A stretch of 64,000 nt of DNA from Orbicella franksi. Its lineage: Eukaryota. Of the stretch, positions 38,820-50,798 are shown piece after piece (position 1 is the stretch's first letter; each line of letters begins with the position of its first letter). The translations under genes and the position numbers were made by a program. The notes beneath the pieces were generated by a model. That model did no database searches. It saw only the letters and a list, made by a program, of their open reading frames with translations, and was not told the DNA's origin. The stretch covers positions 9,114,001-9,178,000 of the forward strand of contig OZ116702.1 in the NCBI GenBank assembly GCA_964199315.1, in the 5' to 3' direction.

Positions 38820-40096
38820 ACTAGCCGGCCATCCAGTGTCCCTCTATCAGGGTATTCGTCCCTAACAGCTCAGCAGAATCAGGGGACACAGGGAGATATG
38901 GGATAACAACCGCGGTGTTGCCTTTAACGCCGTGTAAGAAGTCTTCCCACTTGTACACGTTTTCGGTTTTCTCGGCTTTGCAAGACTTGGACAGCTCATT
39001 GATTTCATTTGCTATCCCAGACGTTGGCGTTTGCCAATACTCCCTTTAGGGACTCTTCGACTGTCATGCGCCCTCGAAGAGAATCTTGATCTTGTCCAAG
39101 CATCAATGATCCTCCACCCCGGATAGTGTGTCCTAACTGGAAACCGATGCAGTGCATGTGCAGTAACCCATCTTTGTAGAATTGCCATGCACCAGTGTTT
39201 TTCCAACTCGCACAGATGTAGTGCCATTTGCTATCATTCGCTGATACCGGTACATACCTGCAACGGTAAAAAAGAGTCCAAGTCCTGAAATTAAGCTAAA
39301 ATAATAACGGACTTACTTTTTGAGAAGAAAAACTTGTGAATGGCAGGGTGAGTTACAGTTTGTCACACGACTTGTTTGAATTAATAAACTTAACATTCAT
39401 TGATCGGTCACTCAAGAAAAGTATTTTTTTATCTCCGTCGAAAAACTGACAAGCTGAATTATTCTGAATTTAAAAATAATTTCCTCCCCCCTAATTCCCA
39501 CCCCCCCCCGTTTTAAATCAAATGATTGTGTTTCATTAGGGCTTCATCATAGAAAGGAGGTGAATCTTATCGCGCAAATAAATGACCAATGAATCGTGCG
39601 AGACTGTCATTTTGACATCATCAAACTTATCAAAAATGCGATAAATGAACAGAAATTATGGGTGAAACTGACACTCTATCGAAACGAAAAGAAACTGGCC
39701 TGATCTAGCAGCCAGCAGCGCCTACCTGCTTAAAACTTGATCTTTTCTGCTGGAGTATCAACCCAGCTCCCTCCCCCCCCCCCCCCGCCTTCTCCCCTCT
39801 CCCTCTCACTCTCGGGCTACCATGCTAGGCCCAAATGTTCTTAATTGCGCTGTAACATCCGTCTTAGCTTTAAGGGCACAAAAATATCTGCGTATGTTAA
39901 CTTGTATTTGTCTCCAATCCAAAACTTTATCGACCCATTATCGAGCGCTGCTACAGAGCGTAACTGAACGGCGCTCCTCTCTGATCCAAGGACTTCATCC
40001 AGAAGCACACCGTGAACTGAGTCAAACTTGGCATACCCCAGATGTTGGAGTAATGACTCACTCCCTTGTTTCGGAAATAAAGCGCATAATCTGTAT
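38820..40096 (-). pseudogene. Pentraxin (LamG-like) domain pseudogene, two exons (~39935-40096 and ~38820-39257)
   Basis: Exon A reads DYALYFRNKGVSHYSNIWGMPSLTQFTVCFWMKS...PFSYAL*. Exon B, after acceptor ttgcag, reads VSANDSKWHYICASWKNTGAWQFYKDG...GHTIRGGGSLMLGQDQDS...LANANVWD, then after a frameshift NEINELSKSC...NVYKWEDFLHGVKGNTAVVIP. Not in the ORF track because of stops and frameshifts. Confidence 0.8.
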
Positions 40097-41927
40097 CTGT
40101 GGGAGATGAATACGAAATATATTTATAACAGTGTACCTTTTTTTTTGTTTTCTTTTCGTTATTGAAGCAGCTCTCACAATACTTACAAGCATTTTATTTG
40201 GCACTTAGGGCAACAAAACTGTTATTACAAGGAGCTACATGAAGTAGAAACTTTGAAATACCAAGAGCTAGATTATGATCCCTACGCCTAGTGCTTGCTG
40301 TACAAGAAAAATGTTGATCTCGTGGTTATTACGACATATGGATTCGTTAAATTTGCCATCTTGAATGCGAGTTATTTGACTTTTCTTTTTTTTAACCATG
40401 TCAAATAATACCATAACTCAATGCAGAAATTTCAAAACAACGCACTCAAAAGATTTTGCTAATAAATTTATTAACGAGCAAGGGCTTTCAAGTTAAAAAG
40501 CAAATTCGTAGTGGCATACATGACGTACTTTTTAGTGGATAACCGCTGACGTGTCCACTGAAAAGTCTGTACAAAACACGACGGAGGGCTAACATTCCTG
40601 AGTACGGTTCGAGCGGTAGTTTATCACATGGCACCGGCTCGAAGCTGAATTTGCCTCTTTTCGAACGAAACAAAATACACGGCTTATGACTGTTTCCATG
40701 AAAACGATTGGCATGGCAAAATCTTGACCAATAAAGAACCAATCAGAACGCCCGGATTTAACTCAAGACTACCTTGCCATATAATAAATATGTATGAGAG
40801 AATACAAACTAGTATAGTAAGTATAATTTGCAAAACGAAGATGACATGAAATTTCTCTTCATCCCGGGTCGGAGATTTTCTGCCTTTCTCCGAAGGTTGC
40901 CGAGTAATAGCCAAAGATGTTTCGATTGAAAAAGACAAATTAGTATATTCTCAGCTCCGACTATTGCATTTCTAGCTCTCTGATTGGCTCAAAAACTCCG
41001 ACTATGAGCCATTAGTCGGAGTTTTACCTTATATGGAAAACAGTGCGCCAAGTTTAAAAATTTTCCGCTCTGTAAAATTGTTGAAATAAAAATCGGCGGC
41101 AAAAACCCGATTAAGAATATACTAAAACAATTATTCCATTCGACCTTGTTGGATATGAAGTGATCATAACCAACTCGCGCTACGCGCTCGTTGGTTATTT
41201 ATCACTTCATATCCAACGCGGTTTCATGGAATAATTGTTAATTGGTCACCACAAATATCGCCAGCAGGTTGCAAACAGGATGTTCCTCAGCAGGTTAAAT
41301 AATTACTTTGAATCCATGTAGTACAAAATAATTACCGATAGCTGTTTCAGCTTAGGAGTGACGCATTCTTTTTTTAAAATGGTCTTATACCCTAAAAATG
41401 TTTTCTTTTCTCTCTCTCTTTTTTTCATTTTTTTATTCTTTTAATAAAATATGAACTCTCCGTTTCGGTACCGCGTTAAAGGACTTCGCAGTCTGACTTC
41501 AAAAATGAGCTTTCCCGGGTCATATGCCGCAATAGTTAATGAATAACTAGCTCCTAAGTGTTAAAAAGATGTGTTTATTATGAACACGATAATTTACTAA
41601 TGAATGGTTCGAGAAGCATGAAATTTTAATTTTAATTAAAAGTTCATCCTGTCCATAAGCAGGTTATCCATGGGAGAAACCTCAGAAAACAGGGTTTGAG
41701 GGTTTTCTTCTTAAAAATGGGGAAAAGTTTACTAATATTAGCGATATTAGCTGAATAACAGGGAGAACATTTCATAAATTGAAAATTGTATTGGTTTACG
41801 ACCTAGATAATTGTGGCCTTTACTAATCTTGAAAATTTGACAGCATGGGGTTAAAACCCAATGGATATATCGTGCTTGAAATATTGGTGATCTGTCTGTT
41901 TAGTGTTTTTGAGAAATAAGGCCTTAA

Positions 41928-42594
41928 AGTGGTACTATGACGAAAATCGCATCTCTCCGATCTAAGCCATTTTAAAACATAAACAAGTAGTCTTTATGAG
42001 AAGAAAAATGCCGTTTACTATTTTCAAATGTCTCTTTTCGTTCCTGAGATATTCAAGTTTTTAAAATATGCAAATTAGCCAAATGGTGACGTCATACACT
42101 CAACCACATTTTGATCAAATATGATGAGGAAAGATAACTCAGCCAATTTGTATCAGAAATGTTTGATTCTTTGCAGTAAGACTCTACTAAATGTGCTCCA
42201 CAATACGAGCTTAACAGTTTTGTTACCATGGCAACATACTGGGTTCCAGACCTCCCCAATATTAAAGGCTTTTCTGGCCACGTTTGGTGATCTATTTTGA
42301 TATTTGCTAATGGTGTCTCATATGCACGATTCAGCAGGCATATAAATATGTTAGCTCGAACTCGTGGCCTTGTTTAATGTTTTTCAAGCTGAAAATCACT
42401 AACATATTGAAATCAAGTGGGTGGGGACTGGAAAAGAGTGAGTTGCCATGGGAACAGAATTTTTTATAGCCATAGGTGAGTTTCCTGTAGAACTATTAGC
42501 CTACCAAGTTTCAGTGGATTCTGCTGTAAACTGACCGAGATAGCTCTATTTATATACTTAATATAATATTGGGTTGAGTGTATGACGTCATCAG

Positions 42595-42626
<32 letters not shown>

Positions 42627-42751
42627 CACTTAAATATCTCCGGAACTAATGCAGATATTTGAAAACGGTAAACGGCATTTTTATTCTTTCATGGAACTCT
42701 ATGGGATACACCTAAAAAATCAAGGGGTAAAAATTTGATCATAGTACCACT
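41928..42751. mobile_element. Non-autonomous DNA transposon with TTAA TSD (Kolobok-like)
   Basis: ttaa|AGTGGTACTATGA ... TCATAGTACCACT|ttaa. Confidence 0.9.
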
Positions 42752-45045
42752 TTAAAGTTTTACTTCGGTCTCCGAGAACCCAAATTGATAATGGTAATAC
42801 GACAGAGTGGAGTCCAGTTCGGTCTGTAATCATATGAGAATTGTTAATCACGAGTATGATTACAGACTGAATTGGACGACACGATGTCCTGTTACCAATT
42901 AATCATAACAATTACAATTTCCCACAAAAGTAAAAGTTTCATTTGATAAAGAGCTTTTTATTGTCATTTTAAATATCATAATTATAAAATATGGAGAACA
43001 GCTCGCAAAATGGCTGTCAGGTCTCTTTCAAAACAGTCACCAGAGACTAAACCTCCACAATTTTACAAAGTCAGTCTCAGTCAGTGGTTACTACAGTGAT
43101 TGCAATCAATGTTGTGATTGGTGGATTTAGTGGAGAGGACTTAAAATGATTGGCTCATGTAACTGTCCGATTACAGCCAACTGTCCGATTACACTGTCCG
43201 ATTACAACTTTGCAGATTAATTAGAGCAAAATACAGCAGTTTATGCACCAATCACATTTGAGGAAATTGTAATTGTTATGATTATAATAGTAATTGTAGT
43301 TAGGAAGATAGGACGAAATACATTGATGGAAATACCGAGTACAAATAAAGTTTTCGTAGTGCATCGTATATTAGCCCTGTGAACGAGGTGACCAGAGGCG
43401 GGGGTGAGAGAGTATATCGAAAGGATTTACGTAAATTTTCCATTGAACACCCGAATACATACCGGTTATAGCAATGTTAACCAAGCTTTGTTGTAAAGTA
43501 TATTTCAGATGTACTGAACTGAATACATTTTTCAAGTACTTTTGGACTGTAAACAACCGTTGCTATGAGCATGGCTGTGTTGAAATAGAGCCAACAGTGT
43601 GCAGATTTATTAATTTAAAGGTAAATCGTGATTAGAGCAATTTAGATAGCATTTAATTAAATTAAAACCCCGTGAAGTTTATCTAAATTTTTTAGTCTTT
43701 GGCAAACAAGCAATATCGAATCGGTTGGTAATTAAACAGTGAATGTTTCTGGCAATTTTTGATCTGGTTTACTTGTGAAACCTGATTCTTGGTCCCAGGG
43801 AAAGTTACGGCCTATATTTAAATGATACCTTTTCAATTTTCACACCTTTTTTAACATTTTATCCTGAAGAAATTCGTCCCGAAAGAAGTCGACTTTGAGA
43901 CCGCCATTTTGAAACTGTACTTGGCAGCCATGCCGTGTTTATGTGACGTCATTTTGTCTAACTCGGAATTAGCGAGAAGTTTAAAAACCTGTAGTTGACT
44001 TGGCATCCTTCACAAGGTCAGCAAAATGTATTTTTTCCAAGCGAATATCCGCGTGCACTCTCTTCACTACTACCATTTTCGGGATTTGGAGCACGTTTAG
44101 CTTGAAATAATACGGCTCGAGAGCAACTATAACCTAGAATGGTAGTTAAAAGGCTTGTCGGAAGCCATGGACAAAATCCTTTGGACGGAATGACGTCACT
44201 AAAACGAGGTGGAATTAATATTCAGTCACTGGTTCTCCCTTCTTTAAGAGGATCCGAGAGGTCGACAAACAGCTTGCAAAGACGTCGACATTTTATTGGG
44301 GCTTAGCTGAAGAAGATTTTTGAACAATTTCAGTGAAGCTGAGCGCGAAGCAAACTTTCGTCACTCGCTAAGTTTTTGATAGTTTTGACATATTTTTTGA
44401 CAGCTTTACGTCAACTTTCTGTTGGCTTTTTAGACAGGTTTGCCGGCAATCAAAATAGGAACAATTTGTAACCGCTTTACGGCTACTGAATGGCTTTTCT
44501 GCCTCTCAGTGACTTCTTCAATTCACATTTTAACAACCAATGTTTATTTTTTCAATATTTCACGTTAACATGAATTGTAATTGTGTACTTTAAATCTAAA
44601 GAAAAACAGATATGAGAAAATGAGCCGTGTTTTTCAATGAATTGTGGTTTTCTTGCCGAATTCTACCTTCAATGTAGAATCTTTTTCGTAGTTGTCCCGC
44701 GCGCGGCCGTCTGATGTTATGTAGCCGCGTTCTACTAAACAGAATTTTCAACACAAGTGGTCATACGATAAAATGCTTATGACAGAGTTAGGTCGGGCGG
44801 ACCGAGCGCTGCAATAAAATATTGTATCTTGTTTTTGAGATATCTTAACTAATACCTACGGAGAAATGGCGAGAGAATATGAAAAAAATCTGTTCTCAAG
44901 TAACGTTCTGATTGGTTAACTCTTTCCATGTGACCCGGTTCGAGTAATCGCGCTGAAATTGTGAAGTAGATGTCTTTCTAAATTTCCGTTCTGTGAAAGT
45001 TTTCGCAAATCCTATTTTAGCTTTAAGCAGTCCTGCTTTAGGTGA

Positions 45046-46740
45046 TTATCTCCTATGCAAAGTTCGTGTCCATTTTTTCTTTAAGATTATGAGTTCCTCA
45101 AGGGCTTCGTAGTACACTCTCTTGTACCCATCATCACCCATCACCACTACCCACGGGTACAGGTTCTCCACCTCCTGAGCAATAACACCGCTGTCTTTTC
45201 CTCTCATACCCAGTTCTTCAGTAGCTTTTCTGGACCACACCCAGCTGTAGCCCTGGAGACCAATCTCCTCGAACTTGGAACGCGGCACAGCTGTGATGTT
45301 TTCTTTAAGGCGCGAATCGCTAAAAATTCCAAACAGGACGGCACCGCCAAGAACAGTCCTAACTATGTCTCTTTTCTCCCTTTCTCTTGCTCTTCGAGCT
45401 GCTGCCTCGGCTTCATACGCCCTTCGTTGTCCTTCAGCCCTCTTTACTTGTTCTTCTAGAATTCTTCTCTGTTTCTCTGCCTCCTCTCTCGCAGTGCGTT
45501 CTTCCTCCAGCCTTTTTTCTCGTTCGATTATTTCTCTACGTCGCTCCTCTTCTCTTTCTCGTTCTCTCTCTTCTTCTAGTCGTCTTCTCTGTCTCTCTTG
45601 TTCCAGACGCTTTTGTTTCTCCTTTATTTCACCTTTTAAAGCAATAACACTGGCCACTCTTTCACGCGTAAATTGAATTTCTTCCGTTACAGCACAATTC
45701 TCAGCAAACTGGCCCATTGCTTGGTCAATGGAGAGCTTGATCTCATCCACGTCCCTTTCCAGCAACGGTTCAACGATTTCTTTGAATCGACGGTCACACA
45801 AGTTTGTTTCAAGAGCGATGTACGCATTTGAAAATCCTCTCCAAGAATTCTTGTTAATCGCTTCCTGAAGTCTCGTAGCGAGATCAGCGATCATTTTGCC
45901 ATCCATAACTCCTCCACGAACAGTTTTTTTGCAAGGAAACCTTTTGAAATCCTTCGCGAGGGAGGAAGCAATATTTGCATAGTCGTGGTCTAAATCAGTC
46001 AATCGTTTCGAATCCTTTACAAACGGAATGTCTCTGACTATGACTCGATCGCGAGTAAATAGCCTGCTTATGGTTTGTCCGTATTTACTGTTGCCATTCA
46101 GCACCATATCTTCAATTTCCGTTTGTAGGGTCTTCCCTGGTGACGGCGATAGCGCATCTCGTAGGACCACCATAAGTCCCGGATGCGAGTTGGCGCTGTA
46201 CACATCATCATGTTCCCAGATTTGCTCGCTTAAACGCGACACACGATACAGAAACTGTATATTGTGATTACTTATTCTTTCCCTGGCAAACAGCGCTACA
46301 CCTGAAGACATAAGGACGGCGAAGATGCTCAGTAAATCGGTGACCTCGTTGTCCCCCACATTGTTACCCTCTGTGTCGATTAAAATGGTGTTGTCAGCGC
46401 CGTTCGCGTCACGCAGAAGTGACATCCACGCGCCCGAGGTACAAGGTTCCATGCTTTCGCTCGTCTTAAACACATTCTGAACCATTCCACTTTTCTTTCC
46501 TTCCAGAAAATATCTGATCAAGTTCAAGTTTGTCGATTTGCCCACTCGTGCGTCCCCAATGACACTGATTATTCTCAATGGACCTTGGATGGACTGCAGC
46601 TCGCGAAGAGCATCATCTCCGAGGACGAACTTCTCGCTTTGATAATTGTACCTCAAGAGCGGCTTAGCTGGCGGACTGTCGAGACAAGCTACCCTCAAAA
46701 GATCGAAAACGAGAACTACAACTCCTAATTTAGGTTCCAT
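45046..46740 (-). CDS. GBP-like/S74 family copy 4 (intact)
   Basis: 564-aa ORF. Signal-like MEPKLGVVVLVFDLLRVACL; G1 GDARVGKST; G2 PCTSGAW; G3 LIDTEG; G4 VLRD; E/R-rich helix; tail IVRTVLGGAVLFGIF; S74 SDSRLKENI (Ser at 45319-45321), then SGVIAQEVENLYPWVVVMGDDGYKRVYY. Confidence 0.92.
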   Translation of the reverse strand: MEPKLGVVVLVFDLLRVACLDSPPAKPLLRYNYQSEKFVLGDDALRELQSIQGPLRIISVIGDARVGKSTNLNLIRYFLEGKKSGMVQNVFKTSESMEPCTSGAWMSLLRDANGADNTILIDTEGNNVGDNEVTDLLSIFAVLMSSGVALFARERISNHNIQFLYRVSRLSEQIWEHDDVYSANSHPGLMVVLRDALSPSPGKTLQTEIEDMVLNGNSKYGQTISRLFTRDRVIVRDIPFVKDSKRLTDLDHDYANIASSLAKDFKRFPCKKTVRGGVMDGKMIADLATRLQEAINKNSWRGFSNAYIALETNLCDRRFKEIVEPLLERDVDEIKLSIDQAMGQFAENCAVTEEIQFTRERVASVIALKGEIKEKQKRLEQERQRRRLEEEREREREEERRREIIEREKRLEEERTAREEAEKQRRILEEQVKRAEGQRRAYEAEAAARRAREREKRDIVRTVLGGAVLFGIFSDSRLKENITAVPRSKFEEIGLQGYSWVWSRKATEELGMRGKDSGVIAQEVENLYPWVVVMGDDGYKRVYYEALEELIILKKKWTRTLHRR

Positions 46741-46829
46741 GTCGAGCCTGTAGCCCCACGAGGAGTCAGCTGATTGAAGACGATCCTGTCAAGCGGAAAA
46801 TTCAGTTGTTATCGTAGATCGATGGAGGT

Positions 46830-47260
46830 TACTTTCGTTATTTAACGCTTCCGGAATGAGGTACTGTTGAATGCAGGCAACTCGTTTACTTTCGATTTGG
46901 TGATCACGCTTTGGGGAAAAATCCCGCAGTAGGTTACGGTTTCCTATTCGTGTAAACAAAGATCATCCCTCGAAAACACCCGCAGATCAACTTAGATGAC
47001 CTGTATGTCTGGGAAAAAACCCTATTTCGCAATTTGCATAACATAAACAATTAGACTTTCGGTTTCTAAACGGAGTAGGTAACGTCACGAAACGACAGTC
47101 CACTCGAGAGCAAAACGAAAACGGCAAAACGAAAAAAACAAATGAAAAATTATATGCCAGTTAAGATTAACTTCGCTTTTCTCATTATTCACGGATATTA
47201 AACACAACTTTCCTTGTGAGTTGATGTGTTTTCGGTTTCATAACCTTGTGGGAAATAACC
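46830..47260. promoter_or_regulatory. IRF-E/ISRE-like and kappaB-like motif cluster in the divergent promoter between GBP copies 4 and 5
   Basis: On the minus strand: GAAACCGAAAGT (47055-47066), GAAACCGAAAAC (47228-47239) and AAATCGAAAGT (46888-46898). On the plus strand: GGGGAAAAATCCC (46913-46925). Confidence 0.35.
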
Positions 47261-47899
47261 CATCCATAAAGACTCAAGTGTCGATGTCAGATGAGATTTG
47301 GTGACATAATGCCGTGCTGAACAAGGACTATAGTAAAATATATGTATTATCAAATCCATCCAGAGCTGTTTGCTGAATTACAAGAAAAGTTATATAGAAA
47401 AAATATGTTTCTCTGAAATCTTTCCTATGGAATCAAATGGACCTGTAGAATTTTTTCCGTTATCTGTGTGCTCATGCGCAATAATTATTCTGGAAAAGGT
47501 TTCCATTTTCTAGTGGGCGGCTCTCGATGTCCCCCGGCGCCATCGCCGTTCTTAGCACAAAATTGCTGAAAACTGCCAAACTGTTACTTCACTATTGGAT
47601 TGTGGATTCGCCTAAGTCAATTCAATTAAATTTATCGTTCTGGATTCTAGGAGGAATGAAATATTGTATTCAAAAATAAGTGTTCCACATGGATGCAAAC
47701 ACGAAAAAACTGACTGACCTCTGTTTCTTGGAAAGCTGCAGTATAATATGCCACGTGTGTCGAAAACCTGTTTTTCTTGTCTGGAGTATCACAGATCAAG
47801 GGATAAACCCCTGAATAGTGGGAATTCAGTTTCACTTATCCCTTCTTGGTCTGCTGCCGGATTCACTGCAGCTGTCTTTCAAGCAGACTGGCAAGAAGG

Positions 47900-48439
47900 A
47901 TGAATACTTTTTCATTTATCACTTTAAGTCTTCAGGGGACAATTTTCGTCTTCTCGTTTTGCCTAGGTGCTCATGGACAGACAGCACAGCCCCTTCTCAC
48001 GTGTAACTCCGCGAGGAAAACTTGCGAGTTAAATCGAAGCTTTCTTCAAGACATTGCAAAACTTCCTTTGCCTATTCGAGTCATAGCAATGCATGGGGAT
48101 GCAAAAGTGGACAAACGGATGCTTTGGAAGATGATCAATCACGTTTGGAATGGAGCAAATCACACGTTCGTCGAGGAAATCTTTCAGACTGGTGACGGTT
48201 TCGCGCCCCTCACGCGCGGAGTGTGGGCGTATATCACGCAGAACAAAGAGGGAAGCATTATTTTACTGGACGTGGAAGTCGACGATCTTGTCGACGAGAC
48301 CCTTGAAGCGCATCTTCACATGTTTACGGGAATGATTTCGTCTGGTTTGAATATTATGGTTCGCGAGTACATTCAAAACAGCGACTTGCTAATTGTGCTA
48401 ATTGTACAAAGGTCTTTAATGTCTTTATTCAGCTTGTAA
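47900..48439 (+). pseudogene. GBP-like family copy 5, 3'-truncated (signal peptide plus N-terminal half of the GTPase)
   Basis: ATG at 47900 gives MNTFSFITLSLQGTIFVFSFCLGAHG, then QPLL...PIRVIAMHGDAKVDKRML (degenerate G1), PLTRGVW, LLDVEV. Homology ends at about 48385 (IQNSDL) and a repeat follows at 48508. Confidence 0.82.
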
Positions 48440-48507
48440 TTTACTGTCATGATATTTCAAATGAATTCAAGCTGTTAGACATAACTCTCGTATTATGCTG
48501 TTTATAT

Positions 48508-48898
48508 AGGTAATCATACGGTTTCGAGTTCAATTTGGAATTAATTTGCACGAATGAGTTTTTCAAAAAGCTGAAATTGCACGAGCCACTTCGGCGAGTG
48601 TAATTTCAACTTTTTGAAAAACTCACATGAAAAACTCACATGAAAAAATTCGCGCGGAGGAAGTGCCGGAAGATCTTTGTTGAAGCCATTTTTTCTCATC
48701 TGAGAAAACTTTTTTCACAGTTTCAACACAAAATTTTCGTCATCATTTTACGTGATATCATTTTCCTAGAAAAGTTCCTATTTTCTTTCAGTCAATCATA
48801 ATCTAGAATTTCGATGTGCAATTTGCACTGGTGTTACACTTGAACTGCACTGCTCTTAGCCAATCAGAATCGAGTAATTTTTTCATGTGTATTATTAG
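48508..48898. repeat. Interspersed repeat family A, copy 3
   Basis: AGGTAATCATACGGTTTCGAG...TATTATTAG; lies just after truncated GBP copy 5. Confidence 0.85.
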
Positions 48899-50520
48899 TC
48901 GTATTAAGAGTATCTATGGGATTAACGGTTAGCCGTACAACGGGCCAAAAATTTAGCCGTCAGGCGTAAGAAATTGAACAATTTTAACAGGTAGCTGTAA
49001 ACAATGTATGAGTGATGTCATCAACCCAAGGGATAAATGTCTTAGAATTGTATCGTTACCAGTAAACATGTCTTTTATTATCACTGAAGCTCTTGTCCTG
49101 GAAAATTTAATGACCACAGCTCAGTACAGATCTCTTTAAACGTTTCAGTGCACTATCTTGTAGAATACAAAGAAGTACAGCATATCATTTATTGTTTTTA
49201 CATTTTTCTAGACAAACCTATCAGGTGTTTAACTGATTTAAACAAGTGAAACATGAACGAAGTCCTTTTAGAAGCAATGGAAACACTGACACCAGCCATG
49301 CAGTGGGCATGTAATCATAATTGTAAATGAGATATTACGTTTTATATTAAATGCCTGTTTTTCTTTTCTACATATTAACTTTCAGGTTGTGCGTCATAAT
49401 GCGATGCTGGGCCACAAAACAAAAGAAAAAAAAATGAATAAAATTAAAATAACTACTTACCAAAATTCGTTAAAGAGAAGGAGCCGGTCCAGATCAAGTC
49501 TGTAGCTAAAGTTAAAATACTGTTTATTTTGATTCAAACAAACTTTATCAAACCCGATCATGCATGCTGTTTGTTGTCGTTTAGGGAAAAATCCCGGTTC
49601 AGTTATGTGTGTGGGGTGTTTGTTTGTTTGTTTGTTTGTTTTTGGGGGGGGGAGTGGGGTGTTTGTTTTGTTTTTTTGTTTTCATTTTTATCCCTTAATC
49701 CTGTAACACTCAGCGCATTTGTCCCTTATCCATAAAATTATCGACAGTGTTATCCATGTTTTTGAGTTTTTCCCACAGATCAAAGTGAAACCTAGCATTC
49801 AGTGCTACAAAAAGGTTTTCCTTGGAGAATAACTGATTAATGCATACCTAAATAAATTGTACCGCGGTAGTCTATATTCCACTGCCGGGATAACGACTGC
49901 ATATATTAAAACTGTAGGTCCTAAATAGTTCTAAAAAGGTATTTATTTTTTTTCCAACAAACTTGCAAACCCGATCATGCATGCTGTTGATAGTCGTTTA
50001 GGGAAAAAAACCTGGCACTCTGCTCTTTTTGGGGCGTGTTGCGGATACGATAGATATTTCTGAGAAAAACTCCGAAACTGTTTCGCTTTTGATGAGTCAG
50101 TCTCGTGTCGTAGAAGTGTGTAGCCTGCACCCTAAACCCCCACTTTCGTCCTATTTCAGACCAAAATAGGTCATCTTCAATACCCTATTTCAGACCTTAC
50201 CCAAAGCTCGATAACTCAGGTATTTCAGACTTGTAAAGTAAGTAAAACGGTCCGAAAGTCATATCCTTGGCATCGCACATACCCCTATAGCTTATATAGG
50301 TAAATGCCCTACACCTCCCCCGCCCCACCCCCCCCCCCCACCCTCCTCTCCGAGTAACAGGTATACTGTTGCTATAGACAAACATCAATAACACGGGGAA
50401 AATGCATATTTATGACTCGACGAGTGATCCAAAATCTAGTAATTGCGTCATATTCTTGATCTTCAGTTCCTGACTTAATTTTGCTGACTTTTCCGCACAG
50501 TCATCAGGTCTCGACCCAAG

Positions 50521-50798
50521 ATGAACAAGTTATTTTTAGTTGCTTTGAGTCTTGGATTACTTGCCGTTCTTTCTTGTCGTCCATGGAAAGCCAGCGCAAG
50601 CATCATGGTGGTGTTGTCCGGAACTTCTTCCATGATGTTGTAGGTGATGTTGCACTCGGTTCATTGTCTGCCCGATTTAAACGCCGCACGAAAGCCATGG
50701 AAGTGAAATCGACCCTTCTTGGCAGTCTCCACGATGCTAGAGCTGGAGTGAAACATCCAGGCGTTCAAACTATTGAAGAGTTTTACTCCAGAGCCTGA
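50521..50798 (+). CDS. Putative small secreted prepropeptide (about 92 aa) interrupted by a 1-nt frameshift; pseudogene or assembly error
   Basis: Acceptor ttccgcacag at 50491-50500, then ATG at 50521 giving MNKLFLVALSLGLLAVL. Adding one T to the ctttc run at about 50570 joins this to the open frame ...FLSSMESQRKHHGGVVRNFFHDVVGDVALGSLSARFKRRTKAMEVK...FYSRA*. Confidence 0.5.

Noticed and set aside
45275-45676. Plus-strand ORFs rich in S/L/F, and similar ones at 31107-31763, 33286-33649, 36514-36765 and 54414-54909
   Set aside because: Antisense shadows of the E/K/R-rich coiled-coil codons of the GBP copies.
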